Shown here in pieces: positions 1-8,600 of a DNA stretch of 28,930 bases. Numbering within the stretch: position 1 is the first letter of the stretch; every line of letters starts with the position of its first letter. This DNA comes from Myxococcota bacterium (GTDB lineage Bacteria > Myxococcota > JACRCW01). The stretch spans positions 1 to 28,930 of the forward strand of contig JBFMGU010000134.1 of the NCBI GenBank assembly GCA_040752415.1, written 5' to 3'. The translations under genes were made by a program, and so were the position numbers. The notes beneath the pieces were generated by a model, which was not told the DNA's origin, made no database searches, and saw only the letters and a program-made list of their open reading frames with translations.

Positions 1-669
1 GCTCGTCGACGGAGCGGCCGCGCCGCCGCTGCCCGGAGTCCCGGGAGCGGTGACGGGGGACGACGATCCGCCAGCGCCGGGCGCGCCGGGTGACGACGAG
101 GACGCGGCCACGGCGTTGGAAGCGTCCAGGGTGAGCTGCGCTTCCAGCCGCTCGCCGCGCTTGATCTCCAGCTCGCGGCTGAAGGGCTGGATGCCCGCCT
201 TCTCCACGGTCAGCGTGTACCTGCCCGGGTCCAGCCAGACGTTGACGGGGAACTGCTTGAAGGTGCGACCGCCAATGGTGGCCTTGTCGGGCGTGGGACT
301 GGCGTGGATGACCAGCTTGCCCTGCTTGGACATCAACGTGCCCAGCTCACCCAGGCGCGCGCGCGCCGCGGGGACCTTGGGATGGTCGGGGCGCTCGCTG
401 ATGAACGCCTCCAGCTCCACCATCGCGCCGTCCAGGTTGGCCAGCTTGTCGTAGGCAATGGCGAGGTTGAGGCGGATCTTGGGGTCGGGGTGGATCTTGT
501 AGGCCTCGGAGAACGCCGCGGCCGCCCCCTCGTAGTCGCCCGCGTTGAACGCCTGGACCGCCGCGCGGTGCTGCTCTCTCGCGCGCTCCTCACCGCTCGG
601 CTCCTGGGCCCACGCCGCGTGCGCCAGGCACACCACCGCCACCACCACCCCCAAGCTGCGACCGCTCAT
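1..669 (-). CDS. TPR + PEGA domain exported protein (N-terminal part; continues beyond the left edge of the window)
   Basis: Read by hand and absent from the ORF track. ATG at 669, with GGAG about 6 nt upstream, is open to base 1. Signal peptide MSGRSLGVVVAVVCLAHAAWAQ; TPR-like helices AVQAFNAGDYEGAAAAFSEAYKIHPDPKIRLNLAIAYDKLANLDGA; PEGA-like GKLVIHASP...VWLDPGRYTLTVEKAG...LEIKRGE; then a Pro/Ser/Gly linker. Confidence 0.85.
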   Translation of the reverse strand, partial: MSGRSLGVVVAVVCLAHAAWAQEPSGEERAREQHRAAVQAFNAGDYEGAAAAFSEAYKIHPDPKIRLNLAIAYDKLANLDGAMVELEAFISERPDHPKVPAARARLGELGTLMSKQGKLVIHASPTPDKATIGGRTFKQFPVNVWLDPGRYTLTVEKAGIQPFSRELEIKRGERLEAQLTLDASNAVAASSSSPGAPGAGGSSSPVTAPGTPGSGGAAAPSTS

Positions 670-764
670 GTGCTCTCCAGCTCCCCCTCCCCAACAGCCG
701 TTGCGCATCGGCGCGCCGCGGCGCTCTCCCGCCCCCTGGTCCACGTCGTGAATGCTGCCGGATC

Positions 765-837
765 GTCAATCTGGATGACGGGTTGACGCAACAGTCAATG
801 ACGCTGACGGATTCCGGGAAAGCCAAGGATTGCGCGG
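765..837. promoter_or_regulatory. Putative operator block, copy 1: GTCA-N7-TGAC / TTGAC-N6-GTCAA / GTCA-N7-TGAC plus GGAAAGCCAAGGATTGCGCGG
   Basis: GTCA 765-768 / TGAC 776-779; TTGAC 783-787 / GTCAA 794-798; GTCA 794-797 / TGAC 805-808. The same half-sites with the same spacing occur at 5425-5468, while the spacer bases differ. Confidence 0.7.
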
Positions 838-895
838 ACCTTAGTGGCGTCCGGCCGGTTGTGTCCATGGCGGCCAAACACCTGGGGTGGTCCCG

Positions 896-925
896 TGGAC
901 AGCGTCCCGGGCGCTGGGGCACATT
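896..925 (+). promoter_or_regulatory. Putative sigma70-like promoter of paralogue A (TGGACA-N18-CACATT)
   Basis: -35-like TGGACA at 896-901 and -10-like CACATT at 920-925. The same geometry is conserved upstream of paralogue B. Confidence 0.4.
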
Positions 926-978
926 CCCCCTCCAACCGTTTACAGGACCTGATGTCATGGGTGCCGGCAGGGGGGCCC

Positions 979-3900
979 TTGCGCAAACAGCTTGGTGTCG
1001 TCGTGTTCCTGGGGGTGTTGACGGGTGAGTCAACCGCTGCCCACGCGGCCCCGGATGAGTGGACCGTGTTCCCCTACGTGGGAGGCGCAGCGGGAAGCGG
1101 TTACACGGACGGTCTGCGCCAGTTGTGTCCGCAAGGTGCCGCGGACCCCAGCACCTGTCCGGTCTCTGCGCTCTTCAGCAACCCATCTGGCATTGTCGTC
1201 ACGCAAGACGCCGTAGCGCCCTGGGGCGGCGTACCCGGGCAGGGAATGGTCTACGTCTCGGAGCGCGCCACCCACGTCATCCGGCGCATCAACCTTGAGA
1301 CCGGCGAGGTCACCACGGTGGCGGGTCTCTACCGCTCCGCGGGCTATGCCGACGGCGTGGGGGCCAACGCCCGGTTCAACACGCCAACCGCCATGGTGCT
1401 CGCGCCCGGGGAGACGTCGCTGTACGTGGTGGACCGGTACAACTCGGTCATCCGCCACATTGATCTCACCACCGGCGAGGTCAGCACCCTCATCGGCATC
1501 CCCGGCGTGACCGCCATTGTCGACGGGCCCCAGGGCGTCGGGGCGTTGCACACCCCCGAGGGGCTCGCCTACCACCTGCCGCGGAACGAGTTGTGGGTCA
1601 CCGACGCGCACTCCGGCCTGGTGCGCGCGATCAGCCTGGACAGCTTTCCTCCTTCCATCACCACCCTTGCGGGGTCCAACGACGGGTTCGCGGACGGCTG
1701 CGGCGCGGCGGCGATGTTCCGGGGACCGCAGGACATCACCATCTCGCCGGAGGGCGTGGCCTTCGTCGCGGATACCTTGAATTATCGCGTGCGCTGGGTG
1801 GTGGAGAACGGCGCGGAATTCTGCGTGGGCACCGTGGTGTACAGCAGCAATGTTTCCGCCATGGGCATGGGTTACGACGAGGACACCAACGGCGGCTACG
1901 CGCTCATTGGCAACAGCAACCGGCACAACATCCTCTTCTTCCCCGGTACGGCGGTACCTCAGGTCGTGAACTTCCTGGCTGGCAACGGTGCCCAGGGCTG
2001 GGCGGACGGCACCGACGACACCGCGTACTTCAGCTTTCCGCGCAGCATCGATTCCGAGCGTGGGACGCACTACGTGGCCGACTCCAACACCTTCTCCGTT
2101 CGGATGGTGGACTATTCTGGGAATGTGGAGACCGTGGCGGGCGGACGCTCCTACCGTCAGCGGTACTCGCTGACCCCGGATGGCGGACCGCTCCCCGACC
2201 ACCAGATGCCCACGCCCCTCGACGAGCCGCGCGGCATGGCTTTTGGCCCGCAGGGCCAGCTCTACGTGGCGGACAAGCGCCAACACAACATCAAGCAGCT
2301 GGTGACGCTGGACTGCGGCCAGGGCCCGGCGCTGCAGGTGAAGGCCATTGCGGGACAGGTCTACATCCCGGGTTCCGCCGTGGACCGGGCGTTCAACGGC
2401 CCAATGGACGTCGCCGTGGACGGGCTCGGGTACCTCTACGTGGCGGATTTCCTCAACAACCAGATCCAGCGGGTGACGCCGCCACCCCCGGACCAGTGCC
2501 AGCCGGTGGCCCCGCAGCAGGTGGTCTGGGCGGGCCTCCCCGGCAGGGTGCGGGGCCTGGCGTTGAGCCAGGACGGGCAATACCTCTTCGCCACGGCTGG
2601 CTACGGGGTCTACCGGGTCTCCGTTGTGGACCAGGACACCAACGGCGTCCCCGACGATCCCACGGTGCTGCTGTGGGCCGGCGGCAACCCCGGATGGAGC
2701 GACGGCCTTGGCTCCAACGCCACTTTCAACTCGCCGGAAGGCATCGTCCGGGATCCCAATTCCAACGACCTCTACGTGGCGGACACGTACAACTACGCCA
2801 TCCGCAAGATCGTTCCTGATCAGGAGATCGACGGGACGCCGGTGGGTCGGGTCACCACGGTGGCGGGGAATGCCTTCGAGAACTTCTGGCGCGACGGCCC
2901 GGCAGGCAGCGCCCGTTTCGAGAACGTGTACGACGTGGCGGTGGATGCCACGGGGAACGTCTACGTCACGGAGGACTTCCGCATCCGTCGGATCGGGACG
3001 GACGGAAATGTTGCCACGGTGATTGGTGGGCAGGGCAGTGGTGTCTCCACCGGCACGGGTCCCGACGGCGCGGTCAACGCCGCGGCGGGAATCCTATGGC
3101 AGCCCACGACGGGGAATCTCTTCATCTCCGACACGCAGGGCCGGAGCATCCGACTGGCGCGGCCCGCCATCCCGGACCGCCCCACCGTCAATTACATTCG
3201 CGCTCCGGTGGGCATGCCGGTGCAGCTGGGCACCGCGCCGCAGACGGCCACCACGTGGACCTGGGATTACCTGCGTCATCCCAACGCATCCGTGGCGCCG
3301 CTCCTCACCACCGCCAGCGCGCCCAGCTTCACTCCCGACGTGGCGGACCTGTTCATCTTCCGCGTCACCATGTCCAACAACCTTGGGGTGACGCGCAGCA
3401 CCGTGACGGTGGACGTGTGCGCCACCGCCGGTCCCGGCTGTCCCGCCTGCGGTGTCGACGAGGTCTGCCCGGCGTGCTCCTACTGTTGCATCGCGGGCGA
3501 CCCATCCTGCACCGTCGGTGCGTGTCCTACGACCTTGCCCGGGGGGAGCGCCTGTACCCGCGACACGATGTGCGCCTCCGGCAATTGCGACGAAACCATT
3601 GGTCAATGCACCAGCGACATCAGCGCCTGCAACACGTGCTCCACCCCCTGCGGCGACGATTCCGCGTGTCCCGCCACGGATTACTGTCGGGATGGATGCT
3701 GCCGGCCCAGGGACTCGTGTGGCGACATCTGTGACCGCAACAGAATGTGCGATATCGACGTGTGTGCGAACGGAGTCTGCGGGTGCTGTACCAACGACAA
3801 CCAGTGCCTGTGCGGCTGCGACGAAGTCACTGGCGCATGCAATGTGTGTGATGCGGGCGCGGGAACCACGGATGGTGGAACCCCTGGCGACGCTGGAAAC

Positions 3901-5340
3901 GCGGATGGGAACCGGGCGGACGCAGGCAACTCTCTCGACGCCGGCATTGACAGAGACGCGGGAAACCGGGTTGATGCGGGAAACCGGACCGACGCCGGAG
4001 CCACGAGCTGCGTCATCGATTCGGATTGCCCATGGGATCGCTATTGCCTGAACGGGACGTGCGTGGTGCGGGAGGACTGTGCCAGCGCGTGTGACCGGGA
4101 CCGGATGTGCCTCTCGGATTCCTGTGTGGACAACTCCTGTTTCTGTTGCACCAATGACAACCAGTGTGCTTCGCTGGATTGCGACGAGACCACGGGGCGC
4201 TGCACTCCGCCCGACGGTGGTGGGCCGGAATGCATCACGGATTCCAATTGCCCGTCGGATGAGTATTGCGAGGGTGGTGCGTGCGTGCCGCGGAAGGATT
4301 GCGGCCTCAGCTGCGACCGCGCGCGCATGTGCCTCTCCAACTCCTGCACCGGCAACGTCTGCAGCAACTGCGCAACCTGCATCAACGACGCCATGTGCCC
4401 GACGGGGAACTACTGCTGCCAGGCGGGAGACCCCAATTGCCAGACCGGCGCCTGCGTCCTGGCCTGTGCCGACAACGCCCAGTGCTGCGACCGCGACGCG
4501 ATGTGCCTCTCCGGTATCTGTGAGGAGAACACACGCACCTGCCTTCCCCAGGCGGACGCGGGACCAACCACGCAATGCACCGTGGATTCCGACTGTCCCT
4601 CCGACGCGTATTGCCAGGGCACCACCTGCGTGCTCACCGAGACGTGCGGGGTGCTCTGCGACCGCAACAGCATGTGCCTCTCCAATTCGTGCGTGGCCGG
4701 GGTGTGCTCGGATTGCGTCGCGTGTACGCAGGATCCCCAGTGCCCCGCGCGGATGTACTGCTGTTTGACGGGAGAGGACGGATGCACGCCTGGCACCTGC
4801 ACGGCGGATTGCGTCGACAACAACGTGTGCTGCGACCGCGACAACATGTGTCTCTCCGGAATTTGCGAGGAGACCACCCGCACCTGTCAGCCGCAGGCGG
4901 ACGCTGGCGTTCCCACGCAATGCAATGTGGATTCGGATTGTCCTTCCGAGATGTATTGCCAGGACGGCGCCTGCGTTCCGCGGGAAGCGTGTGACGTGCT
5001 GTGCGACCGCAATCGCATGTGCATTTCCGATACGTGCGAAGGTGGGCTGTGCGTGGCGGGCGCGAACGGGTGCAATCCGGGCTCGAGCTCGTCGTCGGGC
5101 GGGGCGGGGACCAATTGCGACGCGGGCGTGGATGCCGGCGCGGGGCTGGATGGTGGTGACAACGCGCGTCGTCGGGATGGAGGGCCGGCGCGGCGGGGCA
5201 ACATTGCGCAGGAGGCGGGGCACACGTTGGCGCGGGCCTGCGGTTGCTCCACGGCGGAAGGCGGCGCGTCACCGGAGATGCTGGTGAGCGCGGGCGCGCT
5301 GGTGGTCCTGGCCCTTACCCGCCGCCGGCGAATCCCGTAG
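979..5340 (+). CDS. Large surface protein A: signal peptide, 12 NHL repeats, Ig/PKD-like domain, Cys-rich repeats, MYXO-CTERM sorting signal
   Basis: ORF 844-5340. The likely start is TTG at 979 (MRKQLGVVVFLGVLTGESTAAHA, AGGGGG upstream, matches paralogue B). NHL motifs include FNTPTAMVL..LYVVDRYNSVIRHI and FNSPEGIV..LYVADTYNYAIRKI. PKD-like motif SFTPDVADLFIFRVT; 8 C[DT]RxxMC units; C-terminal ACGCS...hydrophobic...RRRR. Confidence 0.9.
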   Translation: MRKQLGVVVFLGVLTGESTAAHAAPDEWTVFPYVGGAAGSGYTDGLRQLCPQGAADPSTCPVSALFSNPSGIVVTQDAVAPWGGVPGQGMVYVSERATHVIRRINLETGEVTTVAGLYRSAGYADGVGANARFNTPTAMVLAPGETSLYVVDRYNSVIRHIDLTTGEVSTLIGIPGVTAIVDGPQGVGALHTPEGLAYHLPRNELWVTDAHSGLVRAISLDSFPPSITTLAGSNDGFADGCGAAAMFRGPQDITISPEGVAFVADTLNYRVRWVVENGAEFCVGTVVYSSNVSAMGMGYDEDTNGGYALIGNSNRHNILFFPGTAVPQVVNFLAGNGAQGWADGTDDTAYFSFPRSIDSERGTHYVADSNTFSVRMVDYSGNVETVAGGRSYRQRYSLTPDGGPLPDHQMPTPLDEPRGMAFGPQGQLYVADKRQHNIKQLVTLDCGQGPALQVKAIAGQVYIPGSAVDRAFNGPMDVAVDGLGYLYVADFLNNQIQRVTPPPPDQCQPVAPQQVVWAGLPGRVRGLALSQDGQYLFATAGYGVYRVSVVDQDTNGVPDDPTVLLWAGGNPGWSDGLGSNATFNSPEGIVRDPNSNDLYVADTYNYAIRKIVPDQEIDGTPVGRVTTVAGNAFENFWRDGPAGSARFENVYDVAVDATGNVYVTEDFRIRRIGTDGNVATVIGGQGSGVSTGTGPDGAVNAAAGILWQPTTGNLFISDTQGRSIRLARPAIPDRPTVNYIRAPVGMPVQLGTAPQTATTWTWDYLRHPNASVAPLLTTASAPSFTPDVADLFIFRVTMSNNLGVTRSTVTVDVCATAGPGCPACGVDEVCPACSYCCIAGDPSCTVGACPTTLPGGSACTRDTMCASGNCDETIGQCTSDISACNTCSTPCGDDSACPATDYCRDGCCRPRDSCGDICDRNRMCDIDVCANGVCGCCTNDNQCLCGCDEVTGACNVCDAGAGTTDGGTPGDAGNADGNRADAGNSLDAGIDRDAGNRVDAGNRTDAGATSCVIDSDCPWDRYCLNGTCVVREDCASACDRDRMCLSDSCVDNSCFCCTNDNQCASLDCDETTGRCTPPDGGGPECITDSNCPSDEYCEGGACVPRKDCGLSCDRARMCLSNSCTGNVCSNCATCINDAMCPTGNYCCQAGDPNCQTGACVLACADNAQCCDRDAMCLSGICEENTRTCLPQADAGPTTQCTVDSDCPSDAYCQGTTCVLTETCGVLCDRNSMCLSNSCVAGVCSDCVACTQDPQCPARMYCCLTGEDGCTPGTCTADCVDNNVCCDRDNMCLSGICEETTRTCQPQADAGVPTQCNVDSDCPSEMYCQDGACVPREACDVLCDRNRMCISDTCEGGLCVAGANGCNPGSSSSSGGAGTNCDAGVDAGAGLDGGDNARRRDGGPARRGNIAQEAGHTLARACGCSTAEGGASPEMLVSAGALVVLALTRRRRIP
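4231..5070 (+). repeat. 345-bp (115 aa) higher-order Cys-rich tandem repeat in paralogue A, about 2.4 copies
   Basis: Units begin at 4231 (CITDSNC), 4576 (CTVDSDC) and 4921 (CNVDSDC). The complete units end in CxExTRTCxPQADAG. Confidence 0.85.
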
Positions 5341-5424
5341 CAGCAGGCCTCCGGGGCAAAGTCCACGCTCGGTGCCGCAAGTGGTGCCAGCAACGGGCTT
5401 TCTCCGACGACACTCCGAGCAATG

Positions 5425-5496
5425 GTCAACTCGGATGACAAATTGACGACTTGGTCAACACTCCTGACGTTCCCAGGAATGCCAAGGATTACGCGG
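5425..5496. promoter_or_regulatory. Putative operator block, copy 2
   Basis: GTCA 5425-5428 / TGAC 5436-5439; TTGAC 5443-5447 / GTCAA 5454-5458; TGAC 5465-5468; then GGAATGCCAAGGATTACGCGG. The offset from copy 1 is 4660 bp, the same as the offset between the two TTG starts. Confidence 0.7.
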
Positions 5497-5551
5497 GCTT
5501 TCGCTCTCCGCGCTGGCGTGGGCCAATCGTGGCAAACCGTTGTTTGCCATG

Positions 5552-5581
5552 TGGACAGCGGCGCCCGGTCTGGGGCAGAGT
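5552..5581 (+). promoter_or_regulatory. Putative sigma70-like promoter of paralogue B (TGGACA-N18-CAGAGT)
   Basis: TGGACA at 5552-5557 and CAGAGT at 5576-5581, with the same spacing as copy 1. Confidence 0.4.
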
Positions 5582-5638
5582 CTTCCCTCCAAACGGTGTA
5601 CAGCCGCGGAATCACTGGTGCGGCCCAGAGGGGTGCCC

Positions 5639-8600
5639 TTGCGTAAGCAGCTCTGCGTCCTCGTCATGGTGGCGTTGACTGGGATGTCAACAAATGCCCG
5701 TGCGGCCCAGGATGAGTGGACCGTGTTCTCCTGGGGGAACCTGGCCACGGGGGAGCGGTCGGGCACGGGGTACTCGGACGGAGTCCGGAAGTGGGATTGC
5801 CCGGACACCGCGTCGCCGGAGTCCTGTCCCGTGGAAGCACTGTTCTATGGGCCCTCAGGCATTGCTGCGACCGTCGACGCCGTGGCTCCCAACGCATTCC
5901 CGCCGGGCGGGAGCGGACAGGGAGCGGTCTACATCTCGGAGAGCTCGGCAAACATCATTCGAAAGATTGACCTTGTCACCGGGGAGGTCACCACGGTGGC
6001 GGGGAGGTACCGCGAGGAAGGATTTGCCGACGGGGTTGGCGCCAACGCGTTGTTCCGTTACCCCACTGCGCTCGTCCTGGCTCCGGGTGGCACCTCTCTC
6101 TACGTGGCGGATTCGGGCAACGCCTGCATCCGTCACATTGACTTGACCACCGGTGAAGTCAGCACCTTCGCGGGTGCCCCCGGCCAGGTTGGTTACGTCG
6201 ACGGTTCCGCTGTCGACGCGCGCATCCACACCCCGTCGGGCATGGCCTACCACCTGCCCCGCAACGAGCTCTGGGTCACCGACTCCTACTACTCCACGGT
6301 GCGCGCGGTGAGCGTGACGACGCAGAGCATGACCACGGTGGCCGGCGCCAGCGACGGATACGCCGATGGATTCGGTACGGCCGCGCTCTTCTGGGCGCCC
6401 GAAGACATCGCGATCTCCATGGGCGGGCTGGCTTTTGTGGCTGACAGGCGCAACACCCTCATCCGCTGGGTCGACGGGACGGGGCCGGCGGGACAGCCGT
6501 GCTACGTGGGAACCGTCGACGGGACACGCAACAGCGTGAACAGCCTGGTCCAGGCGGGAGGCCTGGGCTTTGATGACGGGCAGGATGACGGCACGGGCAC
6601 CGGCAACCGGATTGGTGAATACGCCATCATTGGCAACACCACCCGTCAGCTCCTCCATTTCATTCCCGCCCAGGCCGCGCCGAATCCCATCAACTTCCTC
6701 TCCGGTCAAGGCTCTCCCGGTTTCAGGGACGGCACCGGTGACAGCGCATTCTTCAGTTTCCCGAGCAGCATCGCGTCGCGGGCCGGCACACATTACGTGG
6801 CCGACACGGGCAACGACGCGATCCGGATGGTGGAATACGGTGGGCTCACGCGGACGCTGGCCGGGAGCGCCAAGTACCGCAAGAAGTACTCGCTCACGCC
6901 GGATGGTGGTGCCACGCCGGAGCACACGCGCCCCGAGCCATTTGATGAGCCGCGCGGGATGACGCTGGGCATGGACTGCAATCCCGGTCCGTGTCAGCCC
7001 AACGGCCAGATCCTCGTCGTCGACGCGCGCCAGCACTCCCTTTTCCGCATCGTCGAGAATGACTGTGGAGATGGGCCGCAGCTCGACGTGGACAACATTG
7101 CCGGGTCTCCTTATGAGACGGGCGCGGCCCCGGAGCGACGTTTCAACGGGCCGCTGGACGTTGCGGTCAACTACCAGGGCTACATCTTTGTCTCGGAGCA
7201 GGGTGGGAACACCATCCAACGGGTGACGCCGCCGGTAGATGGTTGCGACCCCGTGGCGCCGGAGCAGGTGACCTGGGCGGGGGTCACCTACGTGCGCAGC
7301 ATGGCCATCAGCGCGGATGGGAGGGACCTCTTTGTCACCGCGGACCGGGGCGTCTACCGCGTGTCCACGGTCGACGACGACAACAACGGGATTCCCGACA
7401 ACGGAAGTGTCGACCTGGTGGCAGGTGGCAACTATGAGTTCTACGACGGTGTGGGCTCCGGCGCGGCATTCCGCAATCCCCAGGGCATCACCCGCGACCT
7501 CAGCAACCCCAACGTCTACTACGTGGCCGACGGGAACAACTACGCCATCCGCAAGGTCGAGGTGGATCCCGGCACCGGTGTGGGCACGGTCACCACCGTG
7601 GCGGGCAGCTACTACGAGAGCTTCTGGCGCGACGGGCCCGCGGCGATTGCCCGATTCGGCACCGTCTACGACGTGGCGGTGGACAACGCCGGGAACGTCT
7701 ACGTGGCGGAGGGGGCGCGCATCCGGAAGATTGGTACCGATGGAATGGTCTCCACCATCATTGGCGGTGGTTCCAACGGCGTGCTGAGCGGCACGGGCCC
7801 GGACGGCATGCTGGATGGCGCCGCGGGAATCCTCTGGGAGCCGGGCACGGGCAACCTCTACATCGCGGAAATGGGTAACAAGCGGATTCGCGTGGCCAAA
7901 CCCGCGCTGCCGGACCGCCCCACCATCAATTACATTCGTGTTCCGGTGAACACGCCGGTGCAGCTGAGCACCGCGCCGCAGAATGCCACCAGCTTCACCT
8001 GGGACTTCAAGCGCCGCCCCACCGCTTCCTCCGCGCCGCTACTGACCACCGCGGGCACGCAGACCTTCACTCCCGATCGCGCGGACCTCTACATCTTCCG
8101 CGTCACCATGAGCGGCAACATTCCCGGGGGCGGCCCCGGCGTCACCCGCGCCACCGTGACCCTGGATGTCTGCGACGCTCCGCGCCAGACCGACCCGGTT
8201 TGTCCCGCCTGCGGCATTGACGAGGTCTGCGCGCAGCTCACGTATTGCTGCCGGACCGGAGACCAGTGGTGCAACCTCGGCGTGTGCATGAACTGCGTGG
8301 GGGCGGGCGGAACCTGCAACCGCGACCGGCAATGTTGCTCGGGGAATTGTGACGAAACCATTGGTCAATGCGTGGGTGATCAACCGGACGCCGGCGGCGG
8401 CGGTCCGTTTGCTCAATGCGGCGACGACTCTGGTTGTCCCTTGGACAAGTACTGTCGCAATGGCTGGTGCGTCCCGCGGGAAGGGTGCGGCGTCTTCTGC
8501 GACCGCAACCGCGTGTGCGCGATAGACTCCTGCGTTGACGGCCTGTGCGCCTGCTGCGACGACGATACCGATTGCCCCTCGGGCACCTGCGACGAGGCCA

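Noticed and set aside
844..978. ORF-track N-terminal extensions (844, 5540, 17749, 23972, 24666)
   Set aside because: Signal peptides, RBS positions and paralogue alignment support the downstream starts. The extensions run through promoter DNA or the opposite gene.
5510..5550. TGGCAAACCGTTGTTTGC as a sigma54 -24/-12 promoter
   Set aside because: The GG-to-GC spacing is not the required 10 nt, and the motif is not conserved in copy 1.
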